Shown: in pieces, positions 1-8,677 of the stretch
How positions within the stretch are numbered: position 1 is the stretch's first letter
How the letters are laid out: every line of letters begins with the position of its first letter
NCBI GenBank assembly: GCA_964497185.1
Contig: CAZCBX010000012.1
Location: 5,113 to 69,112, forward strand
DNA length: 64,000 bases
Direction: 5' to 3'
Source of the DNA: an uncultured Bdellovibrionales bacterium
Lineage (GTDB): Bacteria > Bdellovibrionota_G > JALEGL01 > JAGRMV01
The notes under the pieces: generated by a model
Told to the model about the DNA's origin: nothing
The model's database searches: none
The model's input: only the letters and a program-made list of their open reading frames with translations
Program-made: the position numbers and the translations under genes

Positions 1-45
1 CCAAAGTCCCAATGGCAAAAGTGCTTTTGTACCAAGCCGAGCGCA

Positions 46-408
46 TCATGGAAGATCTCCCTGACTCTCGTTGTCATCATGCAAAAGCATAAAATTTGTT
101 TGGGCTTGGTAGGTGTGGTCCACCACAGGCCACTGCACGGTTTCTTGAGTCGCGCTCTCTGATTGCGCCTCGAATTGTTGCAGGGGCTTGCCTTCTTGAA
201 TCTGTTCCAGCTGCTCAGGCGTGTAGTTGGTGTACACCACATCTTGCAAGTTGCCACCCCGTACATAAATTTGCTTCTGGTTCGAATCGTAATCTTTTTG
301 AAGTTGTGGCACTTGGCTCGGCCCTGTGGCAACCCTGGGCGCACAGCCACTCCATAAAAAACACACCATCCACACGCCGAATATCTTTTTTGAGCCGATC
401 CGAACCAT
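46..408 (-). CDS. small putative lipoprotein (hypothetical)
   Basis: 120-aa ORF. N-terminus MVRIGSKKIFGVWMVCFLWSGC has a basic n-region, a hydrophobic core and a lipobox-like LWSG/C. Its ATG (408) directly abuts the stop of the upstream OmpA-family gene (409), implying co-transcription. Confidence 0.55.
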   Translation of the reverse strand: MVRIGSKKIFGVWMVCFLWSGCAPRVATGPSQVPQLQKDYDSNQKQIYVRGGNLQDVVYTNYTPEQLEQIQEGKPLQQFEAQSESATQETVQWPVVDHTYQAQTNFMLLHDDNESQGDLP

Positions 409-1839
409 TTAGATCGCTCCTTTGTTGGCCAACGCGTGCGCATCGGTGCAAATGGTTTGATGTTCCGGTGCATAAGAAACCAAAAATTCAATGCGCCGAT
501 TCAACCGTTCATCTTCTGGCCCCATCTCCTCACGGAGCAGCTCGCTTTCACCCCGCGCATTGATAAAAATCTTTTCGGCTTTAAAACCCCGCTCCATTAA
601 GAGGTTGGCAAAATACTGTGCACGTTTTTTAGACAAGCGCTCATTGTACGCCTCTTTGCCCACCGCAGACGCATGCCCCACCACATCCACACGGTCAATC
701 ATGGGTTCATCTTCCAGAATATGATCCAATGCCTGGCTCATGGGCGGTGTTATTTTATGCTTGGCTTTGTCGTGCTCAAAGCGAATGATGCCACCGTTGC
801 CTTGCCCAAAAAGATAGCGGGGTCGGCAAATTTCTCTGGCGATATCCTGCGAAGGCACCAAGGCAACACGCTCCACAGCTTGATACACTTCTGCCCCTGG
901 CCGTCGCCCATATTGAGGAATCCATTTAATTCCGGCACTTAGGCGATAGTCATTGCCATCATTGCTCTGTAAAAAGTTGCCGAACCCCACACCGGCAAAG
1001 CCGTGCATCCAGCTAAAAATACCAAAACTGCTTCCCAGATAAAGCTCGGTGGGCTCTTGGTTGGTTTCAAACAATGGAAATGTAAACTGCGCGTTCCATT
1101 CTGCATTCAAACCAATTTTGGGGGTCAACGGATAAAACACGCCCACCCCACCAAAAAGCAAATGCACTTTGTCAATTTCATCGTACTGAGCGCCGCCCGC
1201 GTAACGATACCCCGCATTGACCACAAAGCTGAGCTTTTGAAACAATCGCTCGTACAACAGCGATCCACCCAAACCCACTGACTCATCCGAAAAGAAATTC
1301 ACATCACCTTCGGGAAAAGGCGTACCGTTGGTAAACTGAGGCGTAAACTCGTCACCGCCCAAAGGAATGGCAACAAAAGGCATTACGGTGAAGGCTTGAA
1401 GCGCATCGCTGTACATGCGTTTTTTCACCGAAATTTTTAAATCTGAAAACGACATCAGGTTGTTGTCTTGCTGATCGCCAAAAAAATTGTACCCCGCGGT
1501 CACCCCAAGCATCCAATCTTCATCCCACCAATAACCCATACCCAAATGCAACCCAATGGCAGACTGAATCACCGTAGCCAGCTGATCTTCGTTGTCCAAC
1601 GTTTTGATCACCAGCGGGCTATCCACATAGCTGATGCCGCTGACAAACAAGAGCTTGTAATTGGTGTACACATGAGAAGTATTCAACCGAGCGTCTTCGA
1701 GGGTCTCGTAGGTTAAAGAGTTGCTACGCGTGAACTGCTGCACATTCACCGCATGTACAGATTGGCCCAAACACAAGCCAAGCCCCATACACGTTACGCA
1801 AACGCCATGGCGCAGTTTTCGCAAAACATAACCCATCAC
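409..1839 (-). CDS. OmpA-family outer membrane protein (N-terminal beta-barrel-like domain + C-terminal OmpA peptidoglycan-binding domain)
   Basis: 476 aa. Signal-peptide-like N-terminus ending QSVHA/VN. Middle region rich in alternating aromatic/Gly beta-strand patterns. C-terminus has OmpA_C hallmarks (VVGHASAVGKEAYNERLSKKRAQYFANLLMERG...NRRIEFLV). Confidence 0.85.
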   Translation of the reverse strand: MMGYVLRKLRHGVCVTCMGLGLCLGQSVHAVNVQQFTRSNSLTYETLEDARLNTSHVYTNYKLLFVSGISYVDSPLVIKTLDNEDQLATVIQSAIGLHLGMGYWWDEDWMLGVTAGYNFFGDQQDNNLMSFSDLKISVKKRMYSDALQAFTVMPFVAIPLGGDEFTPQFTNGTPFPEGDVNFFSDESVGLGGSLLYERLFQKLSFVVNAGYRYAGGAQYDEIDKVHLLFGGVGVFYPLTPKIGLNAEWNAQFTFPLFETNQEPTELYLGSSFGIFSWMHGFAGVGFGNFLQSNDGNDYRLSAGIKWIPQYGRRPGAEVYQAVERVALVPSQDIAREICRPRYLFGQGNGGIIRFEHDKAKHKITPPMSQALDHILEDEPMIDRVDVVGHASAVGKEAYNERLSKKRAQYFANLLMERGFKAEKIFINARGESELLREEMGPEDERLNRRIEFLVSYAPEHQTICTDAHALANKGAI

Positions 1840-2087
1840 TCTATATAATAGAGCATTTACAAGTGCTTACCAATAAAAAATCATATTTTTTTGTGGGAGT
1901 TACCCCTACTATTTCGATCAGTTACATCAAAATCAAGATATAAGTAAACTTAGGTTAACGAAACATGTAATATTAAAGAAGTCTATAATATGACCAAATG
2001 CGGCAACCAAAAAAAGAACTTTTCAAAAGACTAACTTTCGTTAGTGTACAAGGCTTTCGAGGAAAAAACAAAAATTCTCATCCAATT

Positions 2088-3197
2088 TTAGTCAAGCGCT
2101 CGTTGTAAAAAAGCCAGCAAAGGCAAATGGTCCGACGCTCCCTGCCCTCGTTGGTAATCAAACGAAATGGGAAAGCCCTCGTTATCCAATTGATGCACAC
2201 TTTGGTTGATCACCACTAATTTTTCAAGCTGCCAGTTGCTTTGGTCGACGGGCCCTGCCAATAAAATCATATCTAAAAAGGACCAGGTTTGCGCCGGTGG
2301 ATAATAATACGTGCCCAAACAAAATCCCTCGCATGCTTTTTCATGGGCAATCAGCCAGTGATCCTTCAACGCTTTTTCTAAAAAATGACCGCCTTTGTTT
2401 TCGCTGGCTGTTACGTTAAAATCTCCAGCCGCAATCTGCAATAGCGAGGAGGGATATCTTTTTTTAAGTTCATTGAGTGTGTGAAACGCTTGCAGGCGCA
2501 TCTCCGATGGATGAAAAGGCGCTGGAAAGTGATTGGCATACACCACCACCTCTTCTTGACTGGGCAGCACAAAGCGCGTTTCCAAAATGCCGCGCGTATC
2601 CTGCCGCTGCTTTGTAGAAATTGAAGAAAATGAAATCGGGTGAAGCTGTGGTTGACCCACCACTTTAAAACGGCTGAGCATGGCCACGTCAATGCCGCGC
2701 TTGTCATTGCCTTCCACCAAGATGCGGTGTGGGTAACGTTGAACCCCCAGCGCTTGCTGTAGCATCCGTAATGCTGCATCGTTTTCCACCTCTGCCAATA
2801 CAACGATGTCGGGCCCTTGGGCGGTGGCTTCCAAAATAACCTTGGCCAGGGCTTTCACTTTGTGGTCCACAGCTGTGGCATGCCAATCCAGGTACAAACA
2901 TTCTTCACGCCACGCTTTTTTTGAAATGGTTAAACAGTGCTTAACATGCGCATCTTGATTTTTTAAAGCCGCCGGCAAATACGTCTGATCGTCCTTGCCT
3001 GGGTCGTCTTGCGCATCAAATAAATTTTCAACGTTGTAAGAAAGCACGCTGAATGTCACGCGCGATTCTTTTTTTGGTCTTTTCGTATAGGCACTTACCG
3101 GCTGTGTCGTGTATACTATGAGCACACTCAATATAAATACGGAAAGGATGGCCCCCATGGCCCTACTCTTATTCATCTTGCTGTTTTTATTCATCAC
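2088..3197 (-). CDS. secreted endonuclease/exonuclease/phosphatase (EEP) family protein
   Basis: 369-aa ORF. Signal-peptide-like N-terminus. EEP hallmarks SYNVENLFD near the N-terminus and GASDHLPLLAF at the C-terminus. True start uncertain (ATGs at 3197, 3194, 3176, 3158); all of them overlap the divergent fadE start. Confidence 0.8.
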   Translation of the reverse strand: MMNKNSKMNKSRAMGAILSVFILSVLIVYTTQPVSAYTKRPKKESRVTFSVLSYNVENLFDAQDDPGKDDQTYLPAALKNQDAHVKHCLTISKKAWREECLYLDWHATAVDHKVKALAKVILEATAQGPDIVVLAEVENDAALRMLQQALGVQRYPHRILVEGNDKRGIDVAMLSRFKVVGQPQLHPISFSSISTKQRQDTRGILETRFVLPSQEEVVVYANHFPAPFHPSEMRLQAFHTLNELKKRYPSSLLQIAAGDFNVTASENKGGHFLEKALKDHWLIAHEKACEGFCLGTYYYPPAQTWSFLDMILLAGPVDQSNWQLEKLVVINQSVHQLDNEGFPISFDYQRGQGASDHLPLLAFLQRALD

Positions 3198-5562
3198 TTA
3201 TTACGTCTCTCTATCGGCTGGATGGATCGTTTCGATCATTGTCTCTTTTTCTTATTGGATGCACCAAGGCGTAGAGCACCCCTTTTGGTTTTTTCTTCTG
3301 GGCACCATCGCCGCGGCCATCACGGTTTTCATGTACATTCCGGCACTTCGAAAAAACATATTAACTCCCATGGTGTTTGACAAGCTTAAAACCATGCTGC
3401 CCACCATCGGTGAAACCGAACAAGTGGCATTGGAAGCCGGCACGGTATGGTGGGATAAAGAACTTTTTAGCGGGCAACCCCAATGGAAAGACATGATGGC
3501 CTTTCCCATTGCCCCCTTAAGTCAAGAAGAACAAGCTTTTATGGACGGACCCGTAGAAGAGCTTTGCGGCATGCTGGATGACTTTGCCATCATGCAACGC
3601 TGGGACCTCACCGAAGACACCTGGCAGTTCTTAAAAGACCATAAGTTTTTTGGCATGATCATTCCCAAAGAATACGGCGGCCTGGGTTTTAGTGCGCAAG
3701 CGCATTCGGCCGTGGTGGCCAAACTGGCCAGCCGTTCCACTTCGGCTGCCGTCACCGTCATGGTGCCCAACTCGCTGGGTCCTGCCGAACTGCTTTTGCA
3801 CTACGGCACCCAAGCCCAGAAAGATTACTACTTGCCCCGCCTGGCCACAGGCGAAGAAATTCCCTGCTTTGGCTTAACCGAACCCAACGCAGGCAGCGAT
3901 GCGGGCGGCATGCAAAGCCGAGGCGTGATTTGCAAAGGCACCTATGAAGGTAAGGAAGTGCTGGGCATCCAACTCAACTGGGAAAAACGCTGGATCACCT
4001 TAAGTCCCATTGCCACCGTCATTGGACTGGCCTTTTTGCTTGAGGACCCCGACGGTCTCATCGGCGATAAAAAACACTTGGGCATCACCTGCGCGCTGGT
4101 GCCATCCAACCTAGAAGGCGTCAACATCGGACAACGGCACAACCCACTGATGTCCTCTTTTAAAAATGGTCCCACCTGGGGCAAAGACGTGTTCATCCCC
4201 TTGGATGCCATTATCGGCGGCGTAGACCGCGCGGGCCAAGGCTGGAAAATGCTCATGGAATCACTGGCCGCGGGCCGATCCATCTCCCTGCCTGCCCTTT
4301 CGTCTGCACAATCCAAAGTAGCCCTACGCGTGGCGCACAATCATGCCTGCATCCGCGAACAATTTGGCCTTTCCATTGTGCGCTTCGAAGGCGTAGAAGA
4401 AAAACTTACACCCATCGCAGGCCTTAACTATGTGTTGGAAGGGGCACGCAACTTAACCTGTGGCGCAGTGGATGCGGGCGAATTTCCCTCGGTAATATCT
4501 GCCGTGATGAAAGCCTACAGCACCGAAACATCCCGAAAAATTTTAAACGACGCCATGGACATTCGAGCTGGTAACGCCATTACCCTTGGGCCTAAAAACG
4601 TCTTGGGCAACATGTACATTGCTGCACCCATCGGCATCACCGTGGAAGGCGCCAACATTTTAACCCGCACCTTAATCATCTTTGGCCAAGGGGCCATTCG
4701 CTGCCACCCGCACATTCAAAACGAAATCAAAGCCATTGGCCAAAACGATCTCGATCTTTTTGACCGATCTTTCTGGGGCCATGTAGGCTTATCCGTACGC
4801 AACGGCATCCGTGCCATGCTGTTAAGCCTTACCAATGGCCACCTTGAACCTGCACCTGGCAACCAACACAGCAAACGAGTTTTGCAACAACTATCACGTT
4901 ACAGCGCATGTTTCGCCGTGATGTCCGACACCGCCATGGGCGTATTGGGTGGCGCGCTGAAACGCAAAGAAAAACTATCGGGCCGCATGGCCGATGCATT
5001 GTCGTGGATGTATTTAACCACCGCCACCGTCAAACATTACATGGATCAAGGGCAACCAGAAAACCATCGCGCCGTGTTTTTATGGAGCACCCAATACGGC
5101 CTTTACCAAATTCAACAAGCCCTGCTAGGCGTATTGGACAATTTCCCCGTCCGACCCATTGCATGGGCCTTGAAGCTGCTCTTTTTCCCATTGGGCCGGG
5201 CAGCCGATTTTCCCTCCGACACATTGGGCCACCACGTGGTGGAAAGCCTGCGCGATCCATCGCTTCGAGACTTTTTAACCAAAGGCATCTACATGCCCGA
5301 CGCCCAAGACCCAGGCTTGGGCCACTTGGAGCATACCTACCAGGCAGTCATGGCGTGCTATGACATCCAAGCAAAAATCAAAGAAGCCATCGCCGCCGGC
5401 ACCCTCAACAAAAAATCTTCCACCCTATTGGAAGATGCCGTTGCAGCAACCATCATCACGCCCGAAGAAAAACAAAAACTCGACGGCCTCCACTCCCTCA
5501 AACAAGAAGCCATCCGCGTCAACGACTACAAAGACCAAAAAGAAATGCAAAACCACGCCTAA
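3148..5562 (+). CDS. fadE: membrane-anchored acyl-CoA dehydrogenase, FadE type
   Basis: About 800 aa. Colinear by eye with E. coli FadE: N-terminal TM helices, GTVWWDKELFSG, FFGMIIPKEYGGLGFS, LGPAELLLHYGTQAQKDYYLPRLATGEEIPCFGLTEPNAGSDA, ITVEGANILTRTLIIFGQGAIRCHP. ORF opens at 3109; ATG 3148 or 3157 is the likelier start (GGAAAGGA at 3140-3147). Confidence 0.9.
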   Translation: MAPMALLLFILLFLFITYYVSLSAGWIVSIIVSFSYWMHQGVEHPFWFFLLGTIAAAITVFMYIPALRKNILTPMVFDKLKTMLPTIGETEQVALEAGTVWWDKELFSGQPQWKDMMAFPIAPLSQEEQAFMDGPVEELCGMLDDFAIMQRWDLTEDTWQFLKDHKFFGMIIPKEYGGLGFSAQAHSAVVAKLASRSTSAAVTVMVPNSLGPAELLLHYGTQAQKDYYLPRLATGEEIPCFGLTEPNAGSDAGGMQSRGVICKGTYEGKEVLGIQLNWEKRWITLSPIATVIGLAFLLEDPDGLIGDKKHLGITCALVPSNLEGVNIGQRHNPLMSSFKNGPTWGKDVFIPLDAIIGGVDRAGQGWKMLMESLAAGRSISLPALSSAQSKVALRVAHNHACIREQFGLSIVRFEGVEEKLTPIAGLNYVLEGARNLTCGAVDAGEFPSVISAVMKAYSTETSRKILNDAMDIRAGNAITLGPKNVLGNMYIAAPIGITVEGANILTRTLIIFGQGAIRCHPHIQNEIKAIGQNDLDLFDRSFWGHVGLSVRNGIRAMLLSLTNGHLEPAPGNQHSKRVLQQLSRYSACFAVMSDTAMGVLGGALKRKEKLSGRMADALSWMYLTTATVKHYMDQGQPENHRAVFLWSTQYGLYQIQQALLGVLDNFPVRPIAWALKLLFFPLGRAADFPSDTLGHHVVESLRDPSLRDFLTKGIYMPDAQDPGLGHLEHTYQAVMACYDIQAKIKEAIAAGTLNKKSSTLLEDAVAATIITPEEKQKLDGLHSLKQEAIRVNDYKDQKEMQNHA

Positions 5563-5569
5563 TCATATT

Positions 5570-5598
5570 GGGGACAGACACCTTTGGTGTCAGTCCCC
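5570..5598. repeat. GGGGACAGACACC hairpin element, copy 1
   Basis: ggggacagacacc-ttt-ggtgtcagtcccc: 13-bp stem with one A/A mismatch and a 3-nt loop. Lies between the convergent fadE stop (5562) and the nucleotidyltransferase stop (5605). No U-tract after it on either strand. Confidence 0.8.
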
Positions 5599-5604
5599 AA
5601 AAAA

Positions 5605-6084
5605 CTATGTGGTTTGTCTTTTGATTTCCTTGAGTTCTTTTACAGTTATACGATCTTTTTCACGCCCCATCGCCTCTTTGGCTTTAATCAAATCGTCGAT
5701 CGACAAAACCCTGCACACATGAGCAAAAAGCGTCATTTTTTCCGCTCTCTCATACAAAGCGTCAAACGCGTCCAGCCCCTTGACCTCAGACAAAACATCC
5801 AGAACACCCAAATCACATGCGATGTACAAATTTTTGCACTCCGACAACGTGGGAGGCTCTTTCAATAAAGAGCGGTGATCCGGCGTCATTCGATGCACAG
5901 GATGGAATGGTGCCAACGTGTTTTTTAAAACATCGAAGTGACGGGGCTCAAACGGCATGCAAATCTCCAAATCAAACGTCACTTGACTTGAGCCATGAAA
6001 CGTTCCCGCAAAGCCACCAATGATGACAAATGGAAGATCGTTTTGGAGTAAAATTTTAAGAAGCTGATTCAGATCGTTTTTCAT
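5605..6084 (-). CDS. minimal nucleotidyltransferase (MNT/pol-beta superfamily) protein, TA-like
   Basis: 159 aa. N-terminal IIGGFAGTFHGSSQVTFDLEI fits the pol-beta NTase pattern G[GS]-x(9-13)-D-h-[DE]-h. Overlaps the upstream small ORF by 29 nt. Confidence 0.6.
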   Translation of the reverse strand: MKNDLNQLLKILLQNDLPFVIIGGFAGTFHGSSQVTFDLEICMPFEPRHFDVLKNTLAPFHPVHRMTPDHRSLLKEPPTLSECKNLYIACDLGVLDVLSEVKGLDAFDALYERAEKMTLFAHVCRVLSIDDLIKAKEAMGREKDRITVKELKEIKRQTT

Positions 6085-6250
6085 GCTTTACTTTTTTGGC
6101 CTGCCTCAAACGCATGCATAAATCGAGCGCAGCCTGATGCTGTTTTAAACGCTCCTCCACCGATAGCCGCAAATTGCGGCGCAACATTTCAATATCAACC
6201 GATGGGATGGACATTGAAAAGACACTAGCCCATATTTTATCGAAGCTCAA
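6056..6250 (-). CDS. small helical partner protein of the nucleotidyltransferase (putative antitoxin-like)
   Basis: 64-aa ORF overlapping the NTase start. The helical, charged segment LRLSVEERLKQHQAALDLCMRLRQAKK is of the kind I recall upstream of orphan NTase genes. Assignment is inferential. Confidence 0.4.
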   Translation of the reverse strand: MSFDKIWASVFSMSIPSVDIEMLRRNLRLSVEERLKQHQAALDLCMRLRQAKKVKHEKRSESAS

Positions 6251-6270
6251 GAACCCTATTGCTCGATTTT

Positions 6271-6299
6271 GGGGACAGACATCTTAGGTGTCTGTCCCC
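6271..6299. repeat. GGGGACAGACA hairpin element, copy 2
   Basis: ggggacagacatc-tta-ggtgtctgtcccc: same arms as copy 1 (5570..5598). Lies 21 nt upstream of the small ORF start. Together the two copies bracket the two-gene cassette. Confidence 0.8.
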
Positions 6300-6367
6300 G
6301 ATTTTCAAGGCGGTTCATCCCGTCATTTTTTTATGAGGGAAGATATGACTGAACTATAAACTTGAAG

Positions 6368-7168
6368 TCAGTCTTGTGAACCTTCCCTGATGGGTGAAAA
6401 GGTTGGGTCTGATGGATCCACAAAATGCAACAATTGTTCAAATACCCATTCGGGGTCTTCGAGGGTGAGGTCGTGGCCTGCGTTTGGGTGAACGGCGTGG
6501 GCGCAGTCCAGTTTGTTGACGATGGCTTTGGAGCACGTTGGAGAGACGAGTTGATCTTTGGCGCTTTGTAAAATCATGACCGGACAGGCGGGCTTTTGCG
6601 TTAATTTGAGTTTGGCGGCCAGCACCGTGTGACGAAAAAAATTGGCCAACGATACGGGTCTTTTGCGCTGGATGTCGACCCACGTTTGCAACAACGCCGA
6701 TCGGTCTTGTGTAGTGGACAACGTCCATCGCATCACCCAGGCTTCGCGTTTGGTCAGATTGGAAAACTGCGTGAAAAATTTTGGCAGGCTGCAAATCACC
6801 GGCCATTGCATGCGCGCATACCATGGCGAGAGATTGGCAAAACTGGTGTTGATCCACACCATCCGCTGCACATTTAATTTGGTTTGGCGTGCCCACGTGT
6901 GGGATACCATGGCCCCCATGGAGTATGCCAAGATTGAAACCGAGTTTAGGTTTGGGTGCTGCTGTGCCAATGCATCGCTGATGTGTTGGACCCATGCTTG
7001 CACATCCAGAGGTGCCTTTTGCTGATGATACTCTCCCACCCCAGGCATGTCGATGCATATGACCTTGGTTTGAAACCTTTGTGCAAATTGGTCTGAAAAA
7101 TCTCCCCAGTGTTGTTTTTCCCGCGACAGGCCACGAAGAAAAATCCATGCATGATTAGTTGGATTCAT
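6368..7168 (-). CDS. alpha/beta-fold hydrolase
   Basis: IFLRGLSREKQHWGDF (HG-like oxyanion region), nucleophile elbow AYSMGA, C-terminal NAGHDL (catalytic His). ORF extends to 7252, but ATG 7168 (MNPTNHAW...) overlaps the upstream stop by only 14 nt and is preferred. Confidence 0.8.
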   Translation of the reverse strand: MNPTNHAWIFLRGLSREKQHWGDFSDQFAQRFQTKVICIDMPGVGEYHQQKAPLDVQAWVQHISDALAQQHPNLNSVSILAYSMGAMVSHTWARQTKLNVQRMVWINTSFANLSPWYARMQWPVICSLPKFFTQFSNLTKREAWVMRWTLSTTQDRSALLQTWVDIQRKRPVSLANFFRHTVLAAKLKLTQKPACPVMILQSAKDQLVSPTCSKAIVNKLDCAHAVHPNAGHDLTLEDPEWVFEQLLHFVDPSDPTFSPIREGSQD

Positions 7169-8186
7169 CCATGCCCCAAAATGCAACGGCTTCTTGATAC
7201 AGTGATTGTTTTTGCGCATCGGACAAGCCAACCCAATCTTGAGATGACACAATGGCGCGTACTAAAAAATCAAACAAGGGCAAGTGCTGACGAAAGGTGC
7301 GCATGCGCCGATGTTCTTTGATGGGGTTAAATACGCCCAGCGAAGAAAAAAGCTGCATTGGATTTTTGCGCACCCAGGTCCACGACCCCATTTCCAAGCA
7401 GAGGGGCAAAAAAAAGCTGTCTTGTTTTGTGGCCAAATGTTGATCAAAAAGGTGGTCCCATACATCACCGTGCGATCGGTATTGCAACGATTGTGGTTCA
7501 AAGCGGTACACGTGATAAGGATAAACCGCGTCGAGCATTTTCTTTAATTGAAACGCTTGGGGCAAATAGGCAAAGGGTTTACGCGTGTGGGCGTAAGGCA
7601 CCCAAAGTTGGTCCTTCATGCCAAAGCCCGAATGCATGTCCACCGCAATGCTGACCTTAGAGGAAAACAAATACCGTTTAACCACATCGCATAACGCCTG
7701 CGCGCCCACTTCCATGGGGTGATCTTTTTTGCCCCGATACCATGGCAACATGGGAGAAATCCGATGCCCTGCATAAATCTCCCACTTTTTCACTTCGGCG
7801 GACTCAACAGGGGCATTGCGCATAAGGTCCACGCCGTTTTCGTTGGCGCGGGTGTGATTGTGCATGCCGATGGGATTGACAATGGGCATAAACACAAGCT
7901 GAACATGTTTTAAAACCGCATGCAGCATTTGATCCCAGCGCAAAAGATCGGCGATGGTTTCCATGTACGATAGCAATACTTTGGTGCCAATTTGTTCCAG
8001 GCCGTGTACACCCGCAAAATAGCCTATGGTGGGCGTGTTTTTACCCGCTTTGCCGAGGCGAATCACATGGATGGGATGGCTTTGATTTTGACGCGTGGGA
8101 TTGGCCACCACCTCTACCTTCGCATGGGGCTTCATTTTTTCAATGACGCGGCGGAGCTGCTCCAATTCAGCAAACGAATCGCTCAT
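7155..8186 (-). CDS. M14-like zinc carboxypeptidase / succinylglutamate desuccinylase-aspartoacylase superfamily protein
   Basis: 343 aa. FAGVHGLEQIG (HxxE zinc motif), MPIVNPIGM, VDLMRN, AVDMHSG (second zinc His). ATGA overlap with the upstream membrane-protein gene. Confidence 0.65.
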   Translation of the reverse strand: MSDSFAELEQLRRVIEKMKPHAKVEVVANPTRQNQSHPIHVIRLGKAGKNTPTIGYFAGVHGLEQIGTKVLLSYMETIADLLRWDQMLHAVLKHVQLVFMPIVNPIGMHNHTRANENGVDLMRNAPVESAEVKKWEIYAGHRISPMLPWYRGKKDHPMEVGAQALCDVVKRYLFSSKVSIAVDMHSGFGMKDQLWVPYAHTRKPFAYLPQAFQLKKMLDAVYPYHVYRFEPQSLQYRSHGDVWDHLFDQHLATKQDSFFLPLCLEMGSWTWVRKNPMQLFSSLGVFNPIKEHRRMRTFRQHLPLFDFLVRAIVSSQDWVGLSDAQKQSLYQEAVAFWGMDESN

Positions 8187-8569
8187 AACTCGCTGATTTG
8201 TTTTTTAAGCGCTTGGTTTTCATCGTGGTAGCGCTGAATGATCCGGCTTCGTTGAAACACGTCGTAAGAGAAAAAAAGCACGGTGACGAAAAGAAAAACA
8301 AGAAAGATAAAGAATAAAAAAACAATGATCATGTCGTAGGTAAACACCAGGTCTGAATTTCGATATACAACCCCATCGGGCTGACGAAATACCCTGGAAT
8401 AGTGAAATACTTTGGGCATTAAGTCTTTGAAATATTCGTTGTACGTCCAAATTTCAAAAAGCAAGAAACCAAACACGGCAATGCGAAAATAAAAGATAAT
8501 TTTTTCATATTTTCCGCTTAACACATCACGCAAAATAAGCTGCTGGTAATATTCATCGAGTCTTTTCAT
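8183..8569 (-). CDS. small two-TM membrane protein (hypothetical)
   Basis: 128 aa. Two strongly hydrophobic segments (FRIAVFGFLLFEIW; MIIVFLFFIFLVFLFVTVLFF) and a C-terminal charged helix. First gene of a translationally coupled three-gene unit. Confidence 0.5.
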   Translation of the reverse strand: MKRLDEYYQQLILRDVLSGKYEKIIFYFRIAVFGFLLFEIWTYNEYFKDLMPKVFHYSRVFRQPDGVVYRNSDLVFTYDMIIVFLFFIFLVFLFVTVLFFSYDVFQRSRIIQRYHDENQALKKQISEL

Positions 8570-8677
8570 GAATGTACCATTGTATCATTGATTGGTGGGA
8601 TTAACCAAAAAGACATGGCCTGAAAAACCACAGGTTTCTTTGGCAGAACAAACACATCTTATGGTACTACTAAGAGA

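Noticed and set aside
5570-5598. Hairpin after fadE as a simple rho-independent terminator
   Set aside because: It is followed by an A-run on the plus strand and preceded (not followed) by the U-run on the minus strand. A near-identical copy at 6271..6299 brackets the cassette, so it is treated as a repeat element instead.
6438-7148. 236-aa ORF in an alternative frame of the alpha/beta hydrolase gene
   Set aside because: It lies on the same strand and overlaps a frame with clear hydrolase motifs. Its translation is Arg/Pro/Gly-rich with no motifs.
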